A stretch of DNA of 48,138 nucleotides, taken from a virus (lineage: Duplodnaviria; Caudoviricetes). The stretch lies in IMG/VR virus record IMGVR_UViG_3300032955_000003, positions 1 to 48,138 of that record; one strand, given 5' to 3'. A program made the translations under genes and the position numbers. Shown here piece by piece: positions 1 to 8,263 of the stretch; position 1 is the stretch's first letter; each line of letters starts with the position of its first letter. Below the pieces are notes generated by a model. That model did not search any database. It worked only from the letters and a program-made list of their open reading frames with translations, and was not told the DNA's origin.

Positions 1-19
1 AATATATAATAAATTTTAT

Positions 20-86
<67 letters not shown>

Positions 87-147
87 ATTTCCCTTTCATT
101 TTATCAGGCAATCATTCCTTCTGAACGTCTAGCGCGAGCGCTACGGC

Positions 148-246
148 GCAGCCGCGCAGTTACCCAAGGCACGTGCGTGCCAGGGGGGGTGCCTCGCGAT
201 GCGCGGAGCATACAATAGCTATGCTATTGAAAACAAAGCACTTATA
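148..246. repeat. left arm of an imperfect inverted repeat (partner 47857-47955)
   Basis: GCGCAGTTACC (154-164), a G-run+TG and TGCGCGGAGCA (200-210) all recur colinearly as reverse complements near the right end. Confidence 0.75.
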
Positions 247-250
247 GTGC

Positions 251-279
251 TTGCATTTGTGTGTGCCTTGTAGCATAAT
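251..279 (+). promoter_or_regulatory. sigma70-type promoter
   Basis: TTGCAT-17 nt-CATAAT, 9 nt before ATG 289 (possibly a near-leaderless mRNA). Confidence 0.55.
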
Positions 280-288
280 TTAGCTACT

Positions 289-729
289 ATGCCTGTCATG
301 GACCCCATCAAACTAGAAGCTCCCGCGTGCGTGTGTGGTCGGCTGCGCGATAAGATCCATTGTCCTTCTTGCGGAAGCTACGTCGTATATGCAAGATCAA
401 AGCGTCACAACACGCGTCGGACTGATCAATCAGGAAACGACGTCGAGTATCAAAGCTATCGTTGTCGAAGATGTGGAGGCTATTTTGATGATTGGGAATG
501 GCGAAACGCTTGTGGTGCTACGCCCTACGTCACAATGGCGCGACAACTAAAAGACATCAAAGACGAGCGAGAAGCTCGGCAAAAAATCTCACCGAAATAT
601 TCTCATCTTGAGATAAAATCATTTTTGGCACTTATCAAGATATGTAAAGAAAAAGGAATGGTAATGCCTCAAAACGTAATCGATAAACTAAGGTCAATTG
701 GTCTTGATGAGGAGGGGAATCCGTTATGA
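289..729 (+). CDS. Zn-ribbon protein
   Basis: 146 aa; CxC, CPSC and CRRC motifs. Confidence 0.75.
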   Translation: MPVMDPIKLEAPACVCGRLRDKIHCPSCGSYVVYARSKRHNTRRTDQSGNDVEYQSYRCRRCGGYFDDWEWRNACGATPYVTMARQLKDIKDEREARQKISPKYSHLEIKSFLALIKICKEKGMVMPQNVIDKLRSIGLDEEGNPL

Positions 730-983
730 CAACCGAAGCAGACAAGGCTCGTCGAGAGCATTTCAATAGTATCGTACTCGAAGCAACAAGCGAGCTTCTT
801 GATCTTCTCGACATGTTCACAACGAAGTACGATCTCTCGGTCGAAGAGCTCGTCTATATGTTCAACGTTCTCCAAGAAGGAGACTTGTTGTGTCGTTCGT
901 TTGCGAAGGCGAAGATCGCGCTTCAGTCTCAAATACTTCAGTCTCAAAAAACAAACGACTCCACGAAGGACGTCCCTAAATGA
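726..983 (+). CDS. hypothetical protein
   Basis: 85 aa; GAGGAGG RBS; ATGA coupling to the upstream gene. Confidence 0.7.
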   Translation: MTTEADKARREHFNSIVLEATSELLDLLDMFTTKYDLSVEELVYMFNVLQEGDLLCRSFAKAKIALQSQILQSQKTNDSTKDVPK

Positions 984-1120
984 CACCAATATTTATGATT
1001 CGCTTGTTGCAATACTACTATAAAAATCGATCTAGCGCTGAGACTCTCGCGCTGCTCGATGCAATAAAGGCGGTAATTTTAGACACCAACAATGGTGAGA
1101 AATGGGGTGCATCAAAATGA
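980..1120 (+). CDS. small hypothetical protein (46 aa, not in ORF track)
   Basis: MTPIFMIRLLQYYYKN...GASK; ATGA overlaps at both ends. Confidence 0.55.
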   Translation: MTPIFMIRLLQYYYKNRSSAETLALLDAIKAVILDTNNGEKWGASK

Positions 1121-1248
1121 CACCGTCATCTTTCCTAGGACTTATCGTCTTGATCCTGTGGCTCTCCGACTTCCCCGACGAAGTCGCGCCGCTTGTGCGA
1201 GCCTGCGGCTACGCCGCACTGGCGTGTTTGATAGGAGCGCTGCTGTGA
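1117..1248 (+). CDS. small two-helix membrane protein (43 aa, not in ORF track)
   Basis: MTPSSFLGLIVLILWLSDFPDEVAPLVRACGYAALACLIGALL; ATGA and GTGA coupling. Confidence 0.55.
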   Translation: MTPSSFLGLIVLILWLSDFPDEVAPLVRACGYAALACLIGALL

Positions 1249-1451
1249 CAGAACTTCCCTTCGCCCGCGTCGTCCTTGATGAAAGCTCTTCGAGCTTGCT
1301 CATCTATCACGACGGTCGTTACGGTACCCTTCGGGTAACGCAGGTGTCGCTGACGCCGTCGGCGCTAGCCGCGCTAAAGCGGGCGTTCGCCGAGGCGACG
1401 GCATCTACGATGCCGGAGTGCTTGTTGAAAGCAGACCTAAGGTCAAAGTAA
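1245..1451 (+). CDS. hypothetical protein
   Basis: 3' part of ORF 1092..1451; GTG start in a GTGA overlap with GGAG upstream. Confidence 0.5.
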   Translation: MTELPFARVVLDESSSSLLIYHDGRYGTLRVTQVSLTPSALAALKRAFAEATASTMPECLLKADLRSK

Positions 1452-1456
1452 ACTTT

Positions 1457-1681
1457 ATGAAGATAACAAAAGGATTTTCCAAAAACTCGGGATATCCCTA
1501 TGAGATAAAAGAATTCACTTCTTGGGAAGAAGTCAAAGAATCTGATCTCATCAGTAATGAAGACAAACTCGCTTTTCTTAATTATGGATGGGGAATAAAA
1601 CAGCATCATACTCAGCGAGAAAGACATTTAGGAATTACAAAAGTGAAGGATCATCCCAATGAGCGAGGATCTACTAGATGA
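1457..1681 (+). CDS. hypothetical protein (AT-rich)
   Basis: MKITKGFSK...; fills the gap in the operon. Confidence 0.55.
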   Translation: MKITKGFSKNSGYPYEIKEFTSWEEVKESDLISNEDKLAFLNYGWGIKQHHTQRERHLGITKVKDHPNERGSTR

Positions 1682-2135
1682 TCTCATGAATGGTGAGCCA
1701 ATGCTTTTGAATGGAGAACGAGTCAGGTTTGTTCCATCAAAAAGGAGCATCTCTCAAATGCCAAAGCCAAAGCCGAAGGCTAAAAAGCCACCGACGCAGT
1801 CGTCCTGGGCGTCCCGCACTTGTAAGACGTGTGGGAAACGCTTTTCTTTGAAAAAACAACTGGAAATTCACTCAACAACCCACACAAAAGATGCTCTCGA
1901 CGCCGCAGCGGAGTCCCTCAAGGAAAGCGGTACGCCGTCGCTAACGCGACAGCCGCAGCCATCGCCGACTGCGTCGCCTGACGCGTCAGCGTCAGCGTCG
2001 AACGTCTCAGCTCAGCTTTACTCTCAGTCTCAACATATTCGTGACCTCGAAAACATTCTGCGCGACCTAAACCACAGGTTTGCCGACGATGTCGTCACGG
2101 CGATCTCGATCTTGACGCGCAACTTCCGCGCCTAG
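1659..2135 (+). CDS. C2H2 zinc-finger protein
   Basis: CKTCGKRFSLKKQLEIHSTTH fits C-x2-C-x3-F-x5-L-x2-H-x3-H; alternative start at 1758 with a GGAG RBS. Confidence 0.75.
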   Translation: MSEDLLDDLMNGEPMLLNGERVRFVPSKRSISQMPKPKPKAKKPPTQSSWASRTCKTCGKRFSLKKQLEIHSTTHTKDALDAAAESLKESGTPSLTRQPQPSPTASPDASASASNVSAQLYSQSQHIRDLENILRDLNHRFADDVVTAISILTRNFRA

Positions 2136-2153
2136 CCCCAGACATGAGAGTTT

Positions 2154-2339
2154 GTGGCTAATTCTAAGGAAGGTTACGACTTGAGCTTACTGATAAGCTT
2201 TTTACGAACTGTCTTACTCACGATAGCGGTGGACATGATTGCCAAAGGCCATTTCTGGCAAGGATTCGTCGGAATTGGCCTATCGGAAGTACTTTTGTGG
2301 TTGGAATCTCATGCGACGGTAGAATCAGACGCGCCTTAG
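2154..2339 (+). CDS. small membrane protein
   Basis: 61 aa with two hydrophobic segments. Confidence 0.55.
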   Translation: MANSKEGYDLSLLISFLRTVLLTIAVDMIAKGHFWQGFVGIGLSEVLLWLESHATVESDAP

Positions 2340-2441
2340 CCCCGAAGGGGCTGTGCAAAACCTGTGCAAACCTGCGGTTTTTTTAACACCGCGTAAGTCG
2401 TTGAAGCCGCAGGCTTTACAGGCTGTGGAAAAGCCTTCGGC

Positions 2442-2471
2442 TTGACGTGGCTTCGCCACTACGTGTATATT
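2442..2471 (+). promoter_or_regulatory. sigma70-type promoter
   Basis: TTGACG-18 nt-TATATT in the intergenic region upstream of 2611. Confidence 0.55.
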
Positions 2472-2531
2472 TGTTACGGTCTTTACATAGTAACGCTTCA
2501 GCGCTAGCTTCGCTAACCTTGCTGCGCAACC

Positions 2532-2560
2532 GACCTAACTTGCTCCCAACAAGTTCAGTC
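2532..2560. promoter_or_regulatory. 29 bp dyad site, copy 1
   Basis: GACCTAACTTG-CTCCCAA-CAAGTTCAGTC. Confidence 0.6.
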
Positions 2561-2610
2561 TCCCTGTGCCGCATCGTTAAATCCAACGTAGCTGCGCTAA
2601 GGAGTCTCAA

Positions 2611-3126
2611 ATGCAAAAAGAGCAAGTGACTTTCGTCAACTACACCTCAACAAAGCCGGACGGTACATCGGAGCCTTTTCAGTACGTCTCTGAAAAGCAA
2701 CTCGAAGCAGCTCAGAAAGAAGCCGCGGCTGCGCCTGACGCCGACCGACCCACCATCACCGTTACCAAGCAACAGACCTTCGCCGTGACACGCGCTGACT
2801 CGATCGACGAGATCCTTCAGGTCGTGCCGAACGCGGACGTCGCTCTGGACTATTTCAACTACGGCTTCACGCTCGCGCAGCACAACGTCAAGCGCGAGCT
2901 GATGAAAGACGCAGACTGGCCCGGCGTGGACGGCGTCTACGACCTCGTGAACGACGTCCAGACTCCGAAGGAAAAGCGCGTAGCGGACCCGCTCGCGGCG
3001 TCACGTCGTAACCTTAAGGCTCTCTTCGCCAAGTTCAATCCTGGCGCGCCGGAGCCCACGGACGACGAGATCAACGCAGTGCTGGCACAGTTTGCCGGTG
3101 CGGCGCAGCCGCAGACGGCGGCCTAA
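2611..3126 (+). CDS. hypothetical protein
   Basis: 171 aa; AAGGAG RBS; strongly coding codon pattern. Confidence 0.85.
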   Translation: MQKEQVTFVNYTSTKPDGTSEPFQYVSEKQLEAAQKEAAAAPDADRPTITVTKQQTFAVTRADSIDEILQVVPNADVALDYFNYGFTLAQHNVKRELMKDADWPGVDGVYDLVNDVQTPKEKRVADPLAASRRNLKALFAKFNPGAPEPTDDEINAVLAQFAGAAQPQTAA

Positions 3127-3420
3127 GACGCTGCGCGTCAACGTTTGTCGGGTTGGGTACCTCCCGCGTAAGGGGTATCTCATCTGACAATTGCTCGAAG
3201 ATCAGGGGCGTCCGCACGGGACTCAGTCGACGCTCCTGCCTTCGTAGCTTCGCTAGCGAAGCTACTTTCATCCACACTCACGCAACGACGCAGTCGCGTG
3301 GACGTCACGGTCATGCGTCACACGCCGACGGCCAAGGCCGTTGTCCTCCATCGCCGTGAGTGTGGATGAAAGTCACTTCGTGGCTTCGCCATTTTGTGAA
3401 GCAAAAAAGGACTAGTCGAC
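3127..3420 (+). ncRNA. candidate structured non-coding element
   Basis: perfect 19 bp inverted repeat (3264-3282 / 3355-3373) enclosing smaller hairpins; 22 bp palindrome at 3244-3265; further stem CAGGGGCGTC/GACGCTCCTG; strand is inferred from flanking genes. Confidence 0.45.
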
Positions 3421-3424
3421 AAAG

Positions 3425-4414
3425 ATGAATCATTCATCTCCACCACCGTCGTGTTATCACACACTTGACGATGGAATAGACTGTCCTCGTTGTAGCGATC
3501 AAAAAATAAAATTTCCTCTTCATCGACAGGATGATTCATTGTATCAAATGATACATTGGAAGTGTCCTTGTGGATATCGTTACCAAGAGACTTTTCATGA
3601 CTTCTCTTTGAGGTCATTCAATAGAATGACAGCTACTCCCTCAAAGCTTCCTCCTATCCAGCTCGGTCCTGACTGGGCGTGTCCTGTCTGTAAAACTGTC
3701 TGTAAAATAGGAAAGAATTTCCCAGTACAAGGCAATAGACCTCTTCTACCAATCCAAAAATATCCCAAAGTATCTTGGGAATGTGCGTCTTGTAGCTACA
3801 CTTACGAAGAGCTTGAGTCAGACTGGAGCAAGAGAATTCATCTCCACAACGCTCGATTTACAAGTGCATTTTTTGGTGGAGCTAGCGCTTGGGCGACCAA
3901 CGCGAAAATACCTACATCTCCTCCTCCGACAGGAGCCCCAGACATGTCTCAAACAACCGTTCGCATCTGGTGGGATGCAAGCATTCAAGCCTACCGACTG
4001 TCGTCGTCTTACAACAAAGACTTTGTCGACGCTCTCAAGAATCTCATCCCGGCGTCCGACAGAAGCTTCGATCCTCAATCGAAGATCTGGACCTTCGTCG
4101 AAAAATGGCTTGGACCGATTCAGTCATTCTGCAAGACAGCTCACGTAGTGCCCACGCTAATCACTCGTCAGCAGGCCGAACAAGCCGCGCAAGCGAGGCC
4201 GTCGGCTTCGCCGTCTACGGGCGTCTTGATGACCGATCCGAACGACCGCGACTTACTCGACTTTGCCAAGCTTTTGACCTTCGAGTCCGCTCAAGCCGCC
4301 TACCGCCGCGCGGCGCTCGCTCTCCACCCTGACAAAGGTGGCGACATGGCTCAGATGAGCAAGCTGAACGCTGTATGGCAACGTTTGGAGAAAAATCATT
4401 GGAGGCAGTCGTGA
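3425..4414 (+). CDS. J-domain (DnaJ-like) protein with N-terminal tandem Zn-ribbons
   Basis: C-terminal AQAAYRRAALALHPDKGGD...MSKLNAVWQRL (J-domain helices II-III with HPD); possible internal start at 3944 with AGGAG. Confidence 0.8.
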   Translation: MNHSSPPPSCYHTLDDGIDCPRCSDQKIKFPLHRQDDSLYQMIHWKCPCGYRYQETFHDFSLRSFNRMTATPSKLPPIQLGPDWACPVCKTVCKIGKNFPVQGNRPLLPIQKYPKVSWECASCSYTYEELESDWSKRIHLHNARFTSAFFGGASAWATNAKIPTSPPPTGAPDMSQTTVRIWWDASIQAYRLSSSYNKDFVDALKNLIPASDRSFDPQSKIWTFVEKWLGPIQSFCKTAHVVPTLITRQQAEQAAQARPSASPSTGVLMTDPNDRDLLDFAKLLTFESAQAAYRRAALALHPDKGGDMAQMSKLNAVWQRLEKNHWRQS

Positions 4415-4881
4415 CTAAATCGATCCAAAATGAGGTAATCGACGCGCGAACCGCTTATCACAAAGCGTGGGGCGTGCCGATCTCCGCGGAGTATACGCGA
4501 TTTCTTCAAGCCGTCGGGGAAATGCAGACTAACCATGAACACTGCTTGAAAGTGCTGGAGCAATTTGAAAAGCTCAAAGACTTCTTACTAATCGTTGGCA
4601 ACGACGGGGCGAATAAAGCCGCTGTTGAAGACCTTCGACTGTCGCTGGATGAACTTGTTTCGGCGGTCGAGGATGGCCTTCGCCGCTGGACTGCCGGGGA
4701 TTACAACGGCATCAAGTCTAGTCTAATTTCGGCGACTCTGAGACAGGCGAAATTAGCGATGCAGAAATCGCAACCTTTGTTGCGCATTCAGGCAGATGGC
4801 CCGCAAAAAGACGAAAGCATTTATGAGCTATGTAGGAAGGCCGACGCCGCCCTCCGCAAAGCCCGCGGCGAGAAAGGTTAA
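4411..4881 (+). CDS. hypothetical helical protein
   Basis: ORF 4375..4881; likely GTG start at 4411 (GGAGG RBS, GTGA overlap). Confidence 0.65.
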   Translation: MTKSIQNEVIDARTAYHKAWGVPISAEYTRFLQAVGEMQTNHEHCLKVLEQFEKLKDFLLIVGNDGANKAAVEDLRLSLDELVSAVEDGLRRWTAGDYNGIKSSLISATLRQAKLAMQKSQPLLRIQADGPQKDESIYELCRKADAALRKARGEKG

Positions 4882-4902
4882 AAAATAAGAAGGAGCAGAA
4901 AA

Positions 4903-5676
4903 ATGACCGACCAAAACAAAGACAGACTAAAACCCCTTAGCCCTTCGGGCTTGGCCTCGCCAGCGAAGCCCAATCGCATCGGAGGCCTGACAGGCCTCGC
5001 CGGACGCATCGCTGCACAGCAGTCTGCGAAGCAGACAGCGTCTATCGACGCCGCGGCGCTGCCTCACCGCATCGCGTTGATGCTGGACTCCTCGGGGAGC
5101 ATGTCGGGAAGCGCCGCTGCGGGCGAGGACGACTACGTCACTGGTGGTCTATCGAAGATAGAGCGCCTCCGCGAAGCGGTGATGCATTTTCTCCAGTCTT
5201 GCGACTTATCCACGACGTCGCTTGCGATAGAGACCTTCGGTGCCGATGGCAACGAGCACCTAGTCCCGCAGTCTACCGACTACGGTCTTTTGATGATGTC
5301 CATTATGGGCCTTCAGTCCTACGGCGGCACGCCGATGGCGCAAGCGATGGCTTACGTCTTGGCACACTACGCGATTACTCGCGGTATCATCGTCTCCGAC
5401 GGCCAAGCCGATTCGTCGACGGCGGCGCTCGAAACTGTTACGCAGTATGCCGAGGCACAGGTGCCTATCGACTGTGTCCACATTGGCTCTGCGAGTCACG
5501 GTGAAGACTTGCTTCGCAAGATCGCGGAGCTCACCGGGGGAATGTACATCAAGTTCACGAACGTGAGTAACTTCGCCAAAAGCTTCGCATACTTGACGCC
5601 CGCGAAGCGGAGCGAACTGATGTTACACGACGGCTCCGAGAGAGCGCGCCTGCTAGGTGCCACGGAGGTGAAATGA
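4903..5676 (+). CDS. von Willebrand factor A (vWA) domain protein
   Basis: MIDAS motif LMLDSSGSM, GGTP, IIVSDG, and LLRKIAELTGG. Confidence 0.9.
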   Translation: MTDQNKDRLKPLSPSGLASPAKPNRIGGLTGLAGRIAAQQSAKQTASIDAAALPHRIALMLDSSGSMSGSAAAGEDDYVTGGLSKIERLREAVMHFLQSCDLSTTSLAIETFGADGNEHLVPQSTDYGLLMMSIMGLQSYGGTPMAQAMAYVLAHYAITRGIIVSDGQADSSTAALETVTQYAEAQVPIDCVHIGSASHGEDLLRKIAELTGGMYIKFTNVSNFAKSFAYLTPAKRSELMLHDGSERARLLGATEVK

Positions 5677-5677
5677 G

Positions 5678-5860
5678 ATGAATCAATCACTATCATCAAT
5701 TCAGCTTCATCTTACTGAATACAACGGAGTGTTCAAGAAACAAGACAAAAAAGGAAACTGGCGCGATGTCTATAAAATTGGTAACGCTAATATGGCCTTA
5801 GATATCGCCAGGCTTCTTCAAAATCTTGGACACAAAGTCAAAGTTCTGGAGTCAAAATGA
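5678..5860 (+). CDS. small hypothetical protein (AT-rich)
   Basis: 60 aa; GGAGG RBS; ATGA coupling downstream. Confidence 0.6.
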   Translation: MNQSLSSIQLHLTEYNGVFKKQDKKGNWRDVYKIGNANMALDIARLLQNLGHKVKVLESK

Positions 5861-6174
5861 TGGACTCATCGAAGATGATCCCTTGCGTCCTACTCCCCGG
5901 CTCGGCGCTCCGACGCATCCGCGTCACCTGTCGCTGTCAACGAAGTTGGATCGAGGAGTTCCCCGCCGAGCTAGCTCACTGCACCGACATCGCTCCATTC
6001 TTCGAATGCACTTCGTGTCACACGTGCTACGCACTTATCTCGAACGTCTTGACGCGCGTCGAAGACGGTCTTCTAACGAAGTCCATCGAGGCTTCGCCTC
6101 TGGCGTCGTCGTCAGACGACAGATCGAAGATCTCCGACAAGTCGTTTGTTCATGACAAGGGAGGAAACGCCTGA
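5857..6174 (+). CDS. Zn-ribbon protein
   Basis: CRC...CTSC motifs; coupled start. Confidence 0.65.
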   Translation: MMDSSKMIPCVLLPGSALRRIRVTCRCQRSWIEEFPAELAHCTDIAPFFECTSCHTCYALISNVLTRVEDGLLTKSIEASPLASSSDDRSKISDKSFVHDKGGNA

Positions 6175-6718
6175 CGGCGCAGCCGTGCCTCGCTTACGCT
6201 ATCTCAAAGACCGTAGCTTCGCTAACGCACAGTCGCTATCGCGACAGCTAAAGCTATCAATGCAAGAAGACGAGGAGGAAAAAGTCGATGACATCGATCT
6301 CAAAAATAACGAAGTCACTGAGCCTACGGCTCAAAAAGGCTGGTGGTCTAACGACGCAGTCATTGCGTCTCTTCCTGACGACAAGCTTAGCTTGGCTATC
6401 GAACGTTACCGCGGCATTCTTGACATCTGTCTTGCAGAGCGTCTGCGACGCAGCCAGACGCCTACGGCCTCGGCGTCAAAGCGAAGCTTTTCCTCGACGC
6501 GTAGCGTCAGCGAGTTCGACATTACCGAAGGTAGGCGAGTCTGGCGACGCGTGCCGACTGGTGAGCTAAAGCCTGCGTCGCCACAGCGACGGCGAAGCCG
6601 TGGGAGCGGTTCAAGGAAAGCATCTTCGATGCAGTCAAAGTTAACGTTTGAGCAGACGCTCGAAGCATTGAAAATGCTTAACGATATCGTCAAGAAGAAG
6701 GACGAGACAGAAAAATGA
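6146..6718 (+). CDS. hypothetical protein
   Basis: 190 aa; start uncertain (6146, 6152 or 6260); weak resemblance to the C-terminal half of 8517..9251. Confidence 0.6.
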   Translation: MFMTREETPDGAAVPRLRYLKDRSFANAQSLSRQLKLSMQEDEEEKVDDIDLKNNEVTEPTAQKGWWSNDAVIASLPDDKLSLAIERYRGILDICLAERLRRSQTPTASASKRSFSSTRSVSEFDITEGRRVWRRVPTGELKPASPQRRRSRGSGSRKASSMQSKLTFEQTLEALKMLNDIVKKKDETEK

Positions 6719-6891
6719 CAACAATGCAAAAAATGTCTATCGAGATACTTTCTCTCGGAAACGACACTTTCAATCTTTTCATCAAAAGATTTAAAGGTCG
6801 TAAAAGGCAATCTTACCTCAAGATTACCAAGTCTGCGATTGACAAGATCATCAATCGGGAGCTTAAAGAGATCTTGAAAGAGATCAAATGA
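6715..6891 (+). CDS. small basic protein (58 aa, not in ORF track)
   Basis: MTTMQKMSIEILSLGNDTFNLFIKRFKG...; ATGA overlaps at both ends; AT-rich. Confidence 0.55.
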   Translation: MTTMQKMSIEILSLGNDTFNLFIKRFKGRKRQSYLKITKSAIDKIINRELKEILKEIK

Positions 6892-8006
6892 ATCCGCCAA
6901 CCGACATCCAAAAGACCGTTATTACCACGATCGTGACGAAGCTAGCCGCCCTCGGCCACGTCGTGACATGGCACGAGCCGATCTCGTCGGGCCCGCTCAT
7001 CACAACGTATCGTTTCTTGCCAAAAAATTCTTCCCGCGTAGCGCAGATAGCTTCGCTATCTAGCGACATCGCCTTGGCGCTCAGCGTCGAAGACGTGATG
7101 ATACAACGTATCGCCGGCGAAGCCTACATCGGCGTCAGCGTTCCAAACGCTACGCGTGAGCTCGTCCTCTGGCGTAACTTACTGTCCCCGCCGCCTTCGG
7201 CGGTAGCCATCCCGCTCAATTTTGGCGTCGACCAGTACGGTCATCCCTACATTGACGACCTAGTTACGCTACCGCATCTCCTGATCGCCGGCTCGACCGG
7301 CAGTGGCAAAAGTGTTTTCCTACGCAGCATCATCGCGTCAGCGATGTTTTGGCGCTCGCCGTCGCAGCTTCAATTCATTCTCTCCGACACCAAACTCGTA
7401 GAGCTCGGTATCTTCACAGGAGCCTCTCACATGACGTTCCTTGAGCCTGCCACGTCCGCCTTAGCGACATGCGAACGCATGGACTGGCTTATCGAAGAGA
7501 CCGAGAGACGCTTGCGTCTCTTCGAGACAGAAAAGGTACATAATCTACATGAACACAATCAAAGATTTGGTCATCAACTACGATCTCTTATCCCATACAT
7601 CGTTCTTATCATCGACGAAGTCGCGGACATTTTTCCTGAAGATGACCGAGCTCAATCGAAGATATCCTCAGCAAAGCTGGGAAAGATTGTACAAAAATCC
7701 CGCGCCAGCGGTATACACGTCATCGCTGCTACACAACGACCATCGGTTAACATTGTGTCTGGTAGCATTAAATCTAATTTTCCCGCAAGAATCTCTTTTC
7801 GCCTCCCTAGCGAGACTGACTCCCGGACAGTGCTTGGCTCCGGTGGTGCCGAGCATCTGCTCTCCCGCGGCGACATGTTCTTCTCCTCTCCCTCCCGTCC
7901 GAGCCTCTTGAGGCTCCATTCGGCGTTCGCCACGGACGACGACATCAAATACTGCATCGATGCTGTGGGCATGATGAATCGCTCAAAACAACATGTCCTG
8001 GACTAA
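6888..8006 (+). CDS. FtsK/SpoIIIE-family translocase motor domain (no membrane anchor or gamma domain)
   Basis: GPLITTY, PHLLIAGSTGSGKS (Walker A), IVLIIDEVAD (Walker B), RASGIHVIAATQRPS, RISFRL...SRTVLG...GAEHLL.RGDM. Confidence 0.93.
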   Translation: MNPPTDIQKTVITTIVTKLAALGHVVTWHEPISSGPLITTYRFLPKNSSRVAQIASLSSDIALALSVEDVMIQRIAGEAYIGVSVPNATRELVLWRNLLSPPPSAVAIPLNFGVDQYGHPYIDDLVTLPHLLIAGSTGSGKSVFLRSIIASAMFWRSPSQLQFILSDTKLVELGIFTGASHMTFLEPATSALATCERMDWLIEETERRLRLFETEKVHNLHEHNQRFGHQLRSLIPYIVLIIDEVADIFPEDDRAQSKISSAKLGKIVQKSRASGIHVIAATQRPSVNIVSGSIKSNFPARISFRLPSETDSRTVLGSGGAEHLLSRGDMFFSSPSRPSLLRLHSAFATDDDIKYCIDAVGMMNRSKQHVLD

Positions 8007-8180
8007 CATCAACACGAAGTGTCACTGTCGCAGACTTTACGTCCTTGAGCGTTTCTCGATGATCTGGGGAACGATTGTTTGGTATCGGTACACGTACCGT
8101 GCGGGACACAGAAGCTGTGTGCAACCTGTGCAAAACTAGGCTTTGCCTGTAACCCATTGAAAACAAGGCACTTATATGTG

Positions 8181-8210
8181 TTTACAAGCCCGCCTGCGGC
8201 GCGTTACACT
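8181..8210 (+). promoter_or_regulatory. sigma70-type promoter
   Basis: TTTACA-18 nt-TACACT, preceded by the same 21-mer found upstream of the promoter at 251. Confidence 0.5.
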
Positions 8211-8263
8211 CAGCTTCGCTTGTCAGCATCATCCTCCCTCAGATTCTCAAAGCTTTAGCTTTT

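Noticed and set aside
1092-1244. 5' part of the 119 aa ORF 1092..1451
   Set aside because: Better explained by the coupled ORFs 980-1120 and 1117-1248 plus a GTG start at 1245.
3127-3420. tRNA or retron msr-msd
   Set aside because: No T-loop/anticodon cloverleaf signature and no reverse transcriptase in the genome; kept only as an unclassified structured element.
6288-6569. Alternative 93 aa ORF with a GAGGAGG RBS
   Set aside because: Nested in the more protein-like frame 6146..6718, which is coupled to the next gene; it cannot be fully excluded.
6888-8006. FtsK-family ATPase as the packaging motor
   Set aside because: A canonical TerL and portal exist, and this gene lies in the early region.
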